A stretch of DNA of 64,000 nucleotides from the sequence record NC_042116.1, one strand, 5' to 3'. Below, piece after piece: positions 1 to 7,964 of this stretch. How positions within the stretch are numbered: the first letter of the stretch is position 1; each line of letters opens with the position of its first letter. Below the pieces are notes generated by a model. It made no database searches and was not told where the DNA came from. It saw only the letters and a program-made list of their open reading frames with translations. A program made the translations under genes and the position numbers.

Positions 1-100
1 CTATAGATGGATAGACTTCTGGCAGTAAAGATGTTCAGATGGATAGACGTATAGACCTCCATACATCTAGATGGATATGTGTCTGGACGTTTAGACGGCT
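1..100. repeat. Short direct repeats at the probable genome end
   Basis: AGATGGATA at 5, 37 and 69 (exact 32-bp period); TAGAC/TGGAC at 12, 44, 52, 84, 92. Confidence 0.7.
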
Positions 101-282
101 AAACCGATTTTAGTCTCGATTTTCCATTAGTTCCCCTTCCGCGTCTAGAAAGTTCTAGGCAGAATCGAAAGTCGTCTTTTCGTGTTGACAGAGCTATATT
201 ATCAAATGGGGTTAATGATTGCAAGGACTTTTTTCAATAAAAATAAATTTGACATCTGATTATATAATGTAGTACTATAGTA

Positions 283-332
283 TCAATCCAGCGAAATGGA
301 CTAACCCTATAGGGTGCCGAGATCCGCCTATT
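283..332 (+). ncRNA. Two-hairpin element E1 (candidate small RNA)
   Basis: tcca-GCGAAA-tgga ctaa accc-tata-gggt; behind TTGACA(249)-18-TACTAT(273). Confidence 0.55.
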
Positions 333-364
333 AATATATAAAAGCGAATGAGAATCATTACTAA

Positions 365-413
365 TTATAGTTATATTCCCGCACCCTCTAGGGTATCCGA
401 TTTCTCTCGTCTG
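365..413 (-). ncRNA. Two-hairpin element E2
   Basis: Minus strand cga-GAGAAA-tcg, accc-taga-gggt; promoter TTGTAT(447-442)-17-TATTAT(424-419). Confidence 0.5.
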
Positions 414-658
414 AAATAATAATATCAAAGTACCGAATAGAATACAAGGATTATTTTTGATTTTTATGAAAATAGTTCAAATCGATTTATACGTATAAAG
501 GAAAGGATTTAAAAGGCGTACAAAAAAGCGGGGTGAATGTATAGCAGTACTATAGAAACGCCGTGTAATGGTTCCTATGCATTGTGGTGGTATGAATACG
601 CATATAAAGGAAAGAAACTTATATAAGGAAAGTATTTGCAATGAATGAAAGAAAGTAC

Positions 659-686
659 TTGCAAAGGTTTAAGGTTATGATACTAT
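659..686 (+). promoter_or_regulatory. sigma70 promoter with extended -10
   Basis: TTGCAA-16-TGn-TACTAT, A-rich upstream, AGTACT overlapping the -35. Confidence 0.7.
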
Positions 687-706
687 CTATTTCGCCAACA
701 AGGAAA

Positions 707-718
707 CGCTCTTTAACA
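707..718 (+). promoter_or_regulatory. boxA antitermination element
   Basis: CGCTCTTTAACA matches the rrn/lambdoid boxA consensus; about 15 nt after the predicted start site. Confidence 0.65.
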
Positions 719-788
719 ACTTACCGGATGATTACTTGATAGTGATTCTTTACTTTAGAAATAAAGAAAAAGAAAAACGATAAAGTAC

Positions 789-816
789 TTGACGGCAAGA
801 AAGGAAAGTGTAGAAT
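789..816 (+). promoter_or_regulatory. sigma70 promoter
   Basis: TTGACG-16-TAGAAT, AGTACT overlapping the -35. Confidence 0.7.
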
Positions 817-820
817 GTTG

Positions 821-969
821 GTTATCGAAAGGCGGTCAGGTTCGCCGTATGATAGGTAAGGGTAACAGGGCAGAATACAGTACTGTTACAGAGTAGCCAG
901 AAGTGCTACTACAGCCTTATAAAAAGCTAACTAACAGTTAGTGACCTATTTACCGCCTAACGATATAAC
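821..969 (+). ncRNA. Candidate ~150-nt multibranch structured RNA
   Basis: Nested helices 821-827/961-969, 830-836/952-958, 852-857/944-949, 858-861/915-918, 862-868/883-889, 893-897/905-909, 927-932/936-941; starts at the predicted start site; no ORF. Confidence 0.55.
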
Positions 970-1001
970 GAAAAAAGTTTCTAAGAAGTTGAAAAAAGTA
1001 C

Positions 1002-1031
1002 TTGACTGATAGAAGCAAAACATAGTACGAT
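1002..1031 (+). promoter_or_regulatory. sigma70 promoter for the first gene
   Basis: TTGACT-18-TACGAT, AGTACT overlapping the -35. Confidence 0.6.
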
Positions 1032-1082
1032 GTATCCAAGCCAAACGGCTAATATAACCTAAACTTTTAAGAGGAATTACAA

Positions 1083-1736
1083 ATGACTACTACTAACACT
1101 GCAAAAGTATCTCGTGTAACTTTGAACTCAATCATTTTCGCCACTGCTCCAGTACTGGCAGCACCAGCCGAAGGTGAGACTCACAGTAAAGAAGTAATTG
1201 CACAACACAAATCGTCAATTGCTGAATTTGTATCAAATCAGGGTAAAGAGTTGGCTGGTTTTATTTTGGGTAAAGTTGAAACGCCTGATTTGATTATCGC
1301 GATTATCAAAGAAGCGGCGAAACAAATTCCAGCAGTACAAAAGCAACTGGCAGATGAAGCGGCAGTAATTGCACTTCAAGCAGAAGAACAGCGTGTTAAA
1401 GATGCTGAAGCGGCTGAATTGAAGCGGAAACAGGATGAAGCAGCATTGCAAGCTGAAAAAGACAAAATGCTTAAATTGTTAACTGACGGCGGTTTAGATT
1501 TGGCAATCGCTCAAACAATGGTAGCGGCTGGCCTTAAAGCAAAAGCTCCAGCTAATTCACCAAAAAACAGTTATGAGCGTGTCGCGGTAACCGTTGACGG
1601 TAAAGGCTACGATGTTCCAGTGCGGGGCAACATGAGCGAAGAATTGAAAGCTCTGGTAGCTAAAGATGGCGGGGATCGTGATGCATTTATCGCAAAATAC
1701 CGCAACGAACCAGCCGCACAAGAAGTTACTGAATAA
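1083..1736 (+). CDS. H-NS-like protein (divergent)
   Basis: RBS GAGGA; coiled coil then LLTDGGLD..AAGLKAK..PKNSY..G.....LK..V...G..RDAFIAK, paralleling the H-NS linker and C-terminal domain by eye. Confidence 0.55.
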   Translation: MTTTNTAKVSRVTLNSIIFATAPVLAAPAEGETHSKEVIAQHKSSIAEFVSNQGKELAGFILGKVETPDLIIAIIKEAAKQIPAVQKQLADEAAVIALQAEEQRVKDAEAAELKRKQDEAALQAEKDKMLKLLTDGGLDLAIAQTMVAAGLKAKAPANSPKNSYERVAVTVDGKGYDVPVRGNMSEELKALVAKDGGDRDAFIAKYRNEPAAQEVTE

Positions 1737-1884
1737 TATCTCAGTACTGTAATAATAGGGGGCAAACCAGCCCCCTAAGCCGTTCTAATAGTATTTTAAT
1801 ACTAACGTGTTATAGTACTATTAGAAACGCTTAAAAGTCTTTATAGAGCGTTTTATCTTATATCTTAAGTAAGGATAAACGCTT

Positions 1885-2154
1885 ATGCAATTAACCCCAA
1901 TATCTAATTTAATTGATAAAAATACTCGCATCGCTAAAACGATGACAGCCATTAGCAGAACAACATCGGTTTTTAATGGTTATCTTGCTTTTGTTGTTAA
2001 TGGTGAATTAGTACAACGTAGGATCTATGACATGGCATATAATAGTTTATATGATTCGTGTATGTATATAGTTCACAAGAAAGTTAATTATGCCGTTAAT
2101 CTTCCCTGTAAGCCTATTAGCGGAGCGTTTAACGCTGAATCACTAAAGGCATAA
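1885..2154 (+). CDS. Hypothetical early protein
   Basis: RBS AAGGA, followed by a terminator. Confidence 0.6.
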   Translation: MQLTPISNLIDKNTRIAKTMTAISRTTSVFNGYLAFVVNGELVQRRIYDMAYNSLYDSCMYIVHKKVNYAVNLPCKPISGAFNAESLKA

Positions 2155-2164
2155 GGTAACATAA

Positions 2165-2200
2165 AAAGCCCGTTAGAATAGCTCTGACGGGCTTTTTTTA
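2165..2200 (+). terminator. Rho-independent terminator
   Basis: gcccgttag/ctgacgggc stem followed by a T-tract. Confidence 0.8.
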
Positions 2201-2209
2201 TTTGTTGAA

Positions 2210-2242
2210 AGTACTTGTATTATAATCTCAGTACTGTATAGT
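2210..2242 (+). promoter_or_regulatory. Repeated early promoter cassette
   Basis: TTGTATTATAATCTCAGTACTGTA at 2215, 3477 and 4603; near-identical inverted copy at 3404-3432. Confidence 0.75.
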
Positions 2243-2276
2243 AACCGTTATCGAAACAACTGACGGACACAACAAA

Positions 2277-2939
2277 ATGAATGCATTTAAGTTAGAGCAG
2301 TATAGAATGACTTTGGAAGTACTGGAACAAATGAAAGATTGTTTAGACCGTGGCGAGACTTATACCACTGTTAAAGGCAAGCCGTTCAACGTTACAAGGC
2401 AATTCGGTATTTGCTGGCACGTGTACGCTCATACGCCTAACCAGAACGTGACAGGGATCGGCACTGACTTTATGTGTCCTGCTTTTGCTGATATGGGCTT
2501 AGATATAGCGTATCCGGTGGAGTGTCAAACAACTGGCAGCCGCGATCAAATGCGTCAGGCATTCAGTGTACAGCGTAACATGTATGACGACAACACGATC
2601 CACGGTGCAAACCGGATCAAGCTGGTGGATTCACTGATCCAGTACTACCGCGAAAAGATGGAAACGCCGATCACTGTTACCATGTATGAACATTATTACA
2701 ATCAAGCCTTGACAGAAATGAAAAGGCGTGATTCAGCTAATGAAGCCGTATGGGATGTTTTGGATTTTGAGAACAATCAGATCTGGCGTGAACTGGCGTT
2801 AAAGATTGTTGACGAAGATCCTACACTGTCAGAAGTGGATCACGCTGCTGGTATTAACTACCCTGATGATCTAACGTTGGAAAATGTAGTTACTACTAAC
2901 TTACAGGAACGAATCCGCGAAGCATTAGAAAAGTTATAA
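2277..2939 (+). CDS. Hypothetical early protein
   Basis: 220-aa ORF with its own promoter and RBS. Confidence 0.8.
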   Translation: MNAFKLEQYRMTLEVLEQMKDCLDRGETYTTVKGKPFNVTRQFGICWHVYAHTPNQNVTGIGTDFMCPAFADMGLDIAYPVECQTTGSRDQMRQAFSVQRNMYDDNTIHGANRIKLVDSLIQYYREKMETPITVTMYEHYYNQALTEMKRRDSANEAVWDVLDFENNQIWRELALKIVDEDPTLSEVDHAAGINYPDDLTLENVVTTNLQERIREALEKL

Positions 2940-2950
2940 TCTTTACAAAT

Positions 2951-2986
2951 AAGGGGTTGACGGTTCAATCCCTTTTATAGTACTAT
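2951..2986 (+). promoter_or_regulatory. Fused terminator-promoter cassette (also ~3246, 4481, 9137, 9751, 11188, 11595, 12111)
   Basis: GGGTTGAC-loop-GTTAACCC-TTTT type hairpin carries the -35; the -10 follows the T-tract. Confidence 0.8.
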
Positions 2987-3017
2987 GTAATCACACCAAA
3001 CGAAAGGGGTTACATAA

Positions 3018-3233
3018 ATGAGATTAAGTGAGATTAGAAAAGTACTGAAGGAACTTAACAAGCTGGCGAAAGAATCGGGGAACCTCGATCCAGATATTAA
3101 GTTTTGGAGTGATGATATGGACACTGATTTACTATTAGAACTTTGTCCTGCTGATGATCTCAGTGATTCAGTACTGAAAAGCGGTAATATTCAAATAAGA
3201 TTGAATGAAGTACTTAACCCAAAAGTTAGATAA
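3018..3233 (+). CDS. Hypothetical early protein
   Basis: Own promoter and RBS. Confidence 0.7.
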   Translation: MRLSEIRKVLKELNKLAKESGNLDPDIKFWSDDMDTDLLLELCPADDLSDSVLKSGNIQIRLNEVLNPKVR

Positions 3234-3285
3234 TCTTTACAATTGCGGGGGTTGACAGCCTCCGCTTTTTTATGGTACTATAATA

Positions 3286-3336
3286 TCAATCCAGAGAAAT
3301 GGACTAACCCTAGAGGGTGCCGAGATCCATCTATAG
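3286..3336 (+). ncRNA. Two-hairpin element E3
   Basis: tcca-GAGAAA-tgga, accc-taga-gggt; promoter TTGACA(3252)-18-TACTAT. Confidence 0.55.
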
Positions 3337-3349
3337 AAAATTTAGTCCT

Positions 3350-3398
3350 TAATAGATATAGTTCCGCACCCTCTAGGGTATCCAATTTCTCTTGTATA
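3350..3398 (-). ncRNA. Two-hairpin element E4
   Basis: caa-GAGAAA-ttg, accc-taga-gggt; promoter TTGTAA(3432-3427)-17-TACAAT(3409-3404). Confidence 0.5.
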
Positions 3399-3532
3399 TA
3401 AGTATTGTACAGTACTGAGATTATAATTACAAGGGGTAAACAGAAATAAAAATTAAAATTAAAACGAAAAAAGAACTTGTATTATAATCTCAGTACTGTA
3501 CAATTCTCTATATCGAAAACGGGAGAAATGAT

Positions 3533-3988
3533 ATGAATTCAAAACAGTTCCAAGATGCAACAAGAGAAACATTTTTAAAGTACTTTCCTCATGGTCACAT
3601 AAGCATTTCTATGTTGGCAATAGGTGGTGGTTGTAATATCTTTTGTGGCTTGATTGGAGACATTAATGATGTAGGTGGTAAGATCCGCATGAATGATCCT
3701 GTAACGGTACGGGCTTATATTCATGATAACTTTTCATTTAATGATGAAAGTACTGAATTGGAAAACGTTGTTATTGAGTTCGATGGTTCGTGGATCTCAG
3801 TACTGCCAGACAATCCGCATCATTATTGTCAATCCCACAAGGTGCCAAGTCGCAAGATTAACGCAGAACCTAAAAAGGCATTAAGTAATTTGGATAAGTA
3901 CTTTAAACGATTAAAGGACTGTGTAACAGAGCAAGCAGGATTAAATCGCATTATTCAGCAGGATAAGATCCCAGCGAAATATCTATAA
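3533..3988 (+). CDS. Hypothetical early protein
   Basis: Promoter and RBS GGGAG. Confidence 0.8.
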   Translation: MNSKQFQDATRETFLKYFPHGHISISMLAIGGGCNIFCGLIGDINDVGGKIRMNDPVTVRAYIHDNFSFNDESTELENVVIEFDGSWISVLPDNPHHYCQSHKVPSRKINAEPKKALSNLDKYFKRLKDCVTEQAGLNRIIQQDKIPAKYL

Positions 3989-4063
3989 TATATTGTCAAA
4001 AGTACTTGCATTGTATAAGCGAGTACTTTACAATAAGTTATCGTTAATTGAGAGGATTCGAAT

Positions 4064-4474
4064 ATGTTACATGTTAAAGGTTTTTCTGAGGGTGGTTATT
4101 GCTTTATGATTGGTGATAAGCCTGTTTCTGTTGTTGAAGCATTGCAGAAAAATGGTAAGAAATTTAACAAGAATACATTAAACGCTTTAAATAGAAATAA
4201 TCTTGCTAATGAAAGCGATCTTGTGTCATTTGAGTTACAAGTACAATCATTACATAAAGGATTAACACCTGAATATGTAATTCAAATTTTACGCAATGAA
4301 TATAATATTGATTTTAATAATGATTTTCATGAGTTAAGTTCTGCCAGCGTACTGGATTTATTAACAGTATATCATATTGCACAATATCGAGCACCCTCAC
4401 CATGTAATCGTGATGGTTCGCCAATGCGTTATTTTTACCAGTACTTACAACGCTTCATAGAAAAGAAAAAATAA
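4064..4474 (+). CDS. Hypothetical early protein
   Basis: Promoter and RBS GAGG. Confidence 0.75.
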   Translation: MLHVKGFSEGGYCFMIGDKPVSVVEALQKNGKKFNKNTLNALNRNNLANESDLVSFELQVQSLHKGLTPEYVIQILRNEYNIDFNNDFHELSSASVLDLLTVYHIAQYRAPSPCNRDGSPMRYFYQYLQRFIEKKK

Positions 4475-4520
4475 TCAAATAAGGGGTTGACTTCGGTTAA
4501 CCCTTTTTGCTATACTAATA

Positions 4521-4570
4521 TTACTCCAGAGAAATGGACTAACCTTATAAGGTGTATAAGTGTACCTATA
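4521..4570 (+). ncRNA. Two-hairpin element E5
   Basis: tcca-GAGAAA-tgga, acct-tata-aggt (compensatory change); promoter TTGACT(4487)-18-TATACT. Confidence 0.55.
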
Positions 4571-4662
4571 ATAAAATAATTAAAATTCATACAAAAAAGT
4601 ACTTGTATTATAATCTCAGTACTGTATAATTCTTTATATCGAAAACAAACGAGGGTTTTTAA

Positions 4663-5085
4663 ATGAGAACATGTAAAGAGTGTGGGAACAATTGCAACGT
4701 ATTATCTAATGGTGTTGTCCATCATTACAACGAGGATGATAAAATTGATTATGATCTAGATGGGGATCATGTTGCAATACCTGAATTATCTGATTCTGAA
4801 AACAACATGTTAAATCCAATTCTTCAAAGTACTTTTAATTTTAATGGTGATGTTCCTTGTATTAACTACGCCGCGAATGGTGGAGGTTATGAAACTTACC
4901 AGTACTTCATTTGTGCTGATGGTGGATGTTTAGGAATTGGAACAGTAATTAATGAGTTTCATAAAGTAAACTTTAATGATCCTGATGATAAACAATGGCA
5001 CATTGTAGGGGTTGACGTGAATTATGAAAATACTAATCTGATAGATGATCACACAGGGGATTATATACCAGTAGCATATAGTTAA
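4663..5085 (+). CDS. Hypothetical early protein with N-terminal CxxC
   Basis: Promoter and RBS. Confidence 0.75.
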   Translation: MRTCKECGNNCNVLSNGVVHHYNEDDKIDYDLDGDHVAIPELSDSENNMLNPILQSTFNFNGDVPCINYAANGGGYETYQYFICADGGCLGIGTVINEFHKVNFNDPDDKQWHIVGVDVNYENTNLIDDHTGDYIPVAYS

Positions 5086-5123
5086 CACTACAACGGGGAT
5101 CATTGATCCCCTTTTGAGGTTAT

Positions 5124-5384
5124 ATGAATTTGTTTTATAGTACTAGAAAATTAGTAGTTTCATTTGATTGTAATTCTGATAAAATACATTGTGTAATATA
5201 CAGAAAAGGAATTCCCCGTTCTGATAACTGGAAAGTACTACAATCCTATACAATCAAACGTAAAGGGTTTAAACAGTTAGATGACCGTACACAAAAGGCA
5301 TGTTTACGGCAAGTACTTAAAGCCATGCGTAACCGTATAACGCAAGCCTTACATGTTGCATTAACTACAAAAGATATTTTATAA
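5124..5384 (+). CDS. Hypothetical early protein
   Basis: RBS GAGG. Confidence 0.65.
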   Translation: MNLFYSTRKLVVSFDCNSDKIHCVIYRKGIPRSDNWKVLQSYTIKRKGFKQLDDRTQKACLRQVLKAMRNRITQALHVALTTKDIL

Positions 5385-5433
5385 TATAATGAAAAAGTAC
5401 TGGACAATGCTCCGGTACTTTGTTATAGTACTT

Positions 5434-5483
5434 ACATCGAAGAGAAATTCGAATAGCCCATAGGGTTCAGGGGTATATCTATT
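5434..5483 (+). ncRNA. Two-hairpin element E6
   Basis: tcgaa-GAGAAA-ttcga, gccc-ata-gggt (G-U pair); promoter TGGACA(5401)-17-TATAGT. Confidence 0.5.
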
Positions 5484-5570
5484 AAAAATAATTAAAATTA
5501 AAATGAAAAAGAACTTGCATTATATTATGGTTATGGTAATATATGTATATCGAAACGGGAGGTTAAAGAA

Positions 5571-5639
5571 ATGAAACTACGTTATCAATGGCTGTTGTTT
5601 GCTTTGTTTATCCTTATTACCTGCGTAAACTTTGATTAG
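5571..5639 (+). CDS. 22-aa hydrophobic peptide MKLRYQWLLFALFILITCVNFD
   Basis: First ORF after a promoter, RBS GGGAGG; below the ORF-track cutoff. Confidence 0.55.
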   Translation: MKLRYQWLLFALFILITCVNFD

Positions 5640-5649
5640 GGGTTATATT

Positions 5650-5991
5650 ATGATGATTGTTAATTTTGGTGATGATATCAATTTCAATAGTATTAAGCAT
5701 ATTATTGAAAATAGTCAATCTGTATCTATTACTTTATGTTCTGGCGATGGTGATGATTTTACGGTGATAGAGCGTGAAAGAAGTAAATTTGCTGGTTTTC
5801 ATGAGGCTGATCTTATTGTTATTAGTACTGTACGGAATGCTAATGGTGATGGTATCTATGTATATCCTGAATACTTCACTATTGAACAGGCAGACACTGC
5901 TATTGAAGCCTTAAAAATAAGGGCGAGTGATACTAACATTAAATCATCTGAATTATCGGATTCATTAACTGATTTATTAGAATCGGAATAA
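5650..5991 (+). CDS. Hypothetical early protein
   Basis: ORF track, start trimmed to the RBS. Confidence 0.7.
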   Translation: MMIVNFGDDINFNSIKHIIENSQSVSITLCSGDGDDFTVIERERSKFAGFHEADLIVISTVRNANGDGIYVYPEYFTIEQADTAIEALKIRASDTNIKSSELSDSLTDLLESE

Positions 5992-6056
5992 CATATTAAA
6001 AGTACTTGCATTATATTAGCGAGTACTTTATAATAAGTTATCAAGTGAGGTACACA

Positions 6057-6104
6057 ATGAAATGGTTAATTATAGCAGTACTGATTTACATTATCTTTTT
6101 TTAA
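6057..6104 (+). CDS. 15-aa hydrophobic peptide MKWLIIAVLIYIIFF
   Basis: First ORF after a promoter, RBS GAGG. Confidence 0.45.
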   Translation: MKWLIIAVLIYIIFF

Positions 6105-6123
6105 TCAAGAGGAAGTATTAAAA

Positions 6124-6333
6124 ATGGCACATAAAGATCGTCGTTACAATGTTAACCCTGAATTTACCGGACACGAATCAGGCAAGAAACAATTTGTTAT
6201 TCGTTTTTGTGGTGATTTTGTTTCTTCGCATTCAAAGCGTGATGAAGCAGAAAAAGAGATCGCCCGATGGAAAAGTACTGGAACCGTTCCACATATCGGA
6301 AAGCAATGGGATAATCTAGTTGAACCTGTTTAA
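6124..6333 (+). CDS. Hypothetical early protein
   Basis: RBS GAGG, terminator downstream. Confidence 0.7.
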   Translation: MAHKDRRYNVNPEFTGHESGKKQFVIRFCGDFVSSHSKRDEAEKEIARWKSTGTVPHIGKQWDNLVEPV

Positions 6334-6395
6334 TTAATCAATATTAATAGTACTGGATATTTCACCAGTACTGTTTTTTTATACAGCATAATATA

Positions 6396-6446
6396 TAATA
6401 GATACATTTTCGCACCCTGTGGGTCAAAGACATTTCGCTGTCTATG
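6396..6446 (-). ncRNA. Two-hairpin element E7
   Basis: gaca-GCGAAA-tgtc, accc-aca-gggt; promoter TTGACA(6480-6475)-17-TATTAT(6457-6452). Confidence 0.55.
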
Positions 6447-6568
6447 AAGTAATAATACAGTATTTTGATATACGTGTCAAGGATTAAATTAAAATTAAAA
6501 CAAAAGAAAGTACTTGCATTAAGTATGAAGTACTGTATAATCTTTTATATCGAAACGGGAGAATTAAA

Positions 6569-6835
6569 ATGAGTAACGCATTGAAAGCCATGATTTCGTT
6601 GGTAATTTCAGTACTGATAACCTTTATAATATTAACTGCGGCGAGAGATGATGTTCTGTGGCGGTTAACCATGTTAGGATATGAAATTGAAGATACATGG
6701 TATTCTTTTTTGACATATGGCCTTAATGGGATATATGCTATATTAATGGTAGGTTGTTTTTATATTTTGTTTTGTTTAATGTTTTATATTACAGGGGGCA
6801 GTAATGAGAGTACAACCAATCCAGCCAATCATTAA
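6569..6835 (+). CDS. Small membrane protein (2 TM)
   Basis: Two hydrophobic segments; promoter and RBS. Confidence 0.7.
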   Translation: MSNALKAMISLVISVLITFIILTAARDDVLWRLTMLGYEIEDTWYSFLTYGLNGIYAILMVGCFYILFCLMFYITGGSNESTTNPANH

Positions 6836-6974
6836 GTTAGCGAATAGTACGGTCAAGAATGAATATTCAAAAATTGTTGTTGACATTCCGTGTAGTACTG
6901 TGGTATCATTAGGTTCTTACAAATCGTGTGATTTGTATAATTCAATTTATAAACAATAAAAGGTAAATTTAAAT

Positions 6975-7832
6975 ATGGGTAAGTTCATTAGTTATGGTAT
7001 TCTTGCGATTATTGTATTCGTTGGCTTGGGTGCATTGTTTGGTTCGTGGTACACGGTTGATCAGCAAGATCGTGGGGTAGTACTAACGAATGGTAAAATT
7101 ACCAGTATTGCAGAACCTGGTTTGAACTGGAAAATGCCATTTATGGATTCTGTTGTACAAATTCCAGTCACTGGACAAAATAAAAGTTATTCGAATCTAA
7201 AAGCATATAGCCGAGATCAACAACCGGCAGATATGACTATTTCTGTATCATTCTCAGTCCCAGCGGCTAAGGTAGGGGAATTATATAGTACTTTTGGTGA
7301 TATTGACAATCTAACTACTCGTGTTATTGATCGTCAAGTACCACAAGCTGTTGAAAATGTTTTTGGTCAGTTTAATGCGATTTCAGCAGTACAAGATCGT
7401 AATAAGTTAGTTACTAACTTAAACATTGCAATTAAAAAGGCAATGGAAAACTACCCAGTAGTAATTGAGAGTGTACAGGTTGAAAACCTATCATTCAGTC
7501 CAGCATATGAAAAATCAATTGAAGAACGTATGCAAGCAGAGATCGCAGTTACAAAGCGTGAACAGGACTATGCACAGGCTAAAATTTCAGCATCTATCAC
7601 AGTTGCGAATGCACAAGCTGACGCTGATAGCCAGTTAGCAAAGGCAACGGCAGCAGCTAAAGCAACACGCCTACAGGGTGAAGCTGATGCAGCAGCAATT
7701 AAGGCGAAGTCCGAAGCACTAAACAATAATCCACAACTTGTACAGTTGGCGGCGGTGGATAAATGGGATGGTGTACTACCTACTCAAATGGTTCCATCTG
7801 CTACAGTGCCGTTTGTGAATCTAAACAAATAA
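6975..7832 (+). CDS. SPFH/band-7 (prohibitin-like) membrane protein
   Basis: N-terminal TM, YTVDQQDRGVV..GK, EPGLNWKMPF, coiled-coil tail, KWDGVLP. Confidence 0.9.
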   Translation: MGKFISYGILAIIVFVGLGALFGSWYTVDQQDRGVVLTNGKITSIAEPGLNWKMPFMDSVVQIPVTGQNKSYSNLKAYSRDQQPADMTISVSFSVPAAKVGELYSTFGDIDNLTTRVIDRQVPQAVENVFGQFNAISAVQDRNKLVTNLNIAIKKAMENYPVVIESVQVENLSFSPAYEKSIEERMQAEIAVTKREQDYAQAKISASITVANAQADADSQLAKATAAAKATRLQGEADAAAIKAKSEALNNNPQLVQLAAVDKWDGVLPTQMVPSATVPFVNLNK

Positions 7833-7842
7833 GTACTATCAC

Positions 7843-7871
7843 AAAAAGCCTCGCATTGTCGAGGCTTTTTA
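7843..7871 (+). terminator. Rho-independent terminator
   Basis: gcctcg/cgaggc stem flanked by A- and T-tracts. Confidence 0.75.
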
Positions 7872-7964
7872 TTATCTGAATAATTAAAATTAAAACGTAA
7901 AAAGTACTTGCATTGCATGAGCGAGTACTTTATAATACTTACATCAACCACAAGAGGCAACAAC

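Noticed and set aside
283-332. Hammerhead ribozyme (GAAA beside short stems)
   Set aside because: The CUGANGA core is absent from all copies.
2960-2975. GGTTCAATCC as a tRNA T-arm
   Set aside because: It is part of a terminator-promoter hairpin and no cloverleaf can be built. No tRNA genes were seen in the window.
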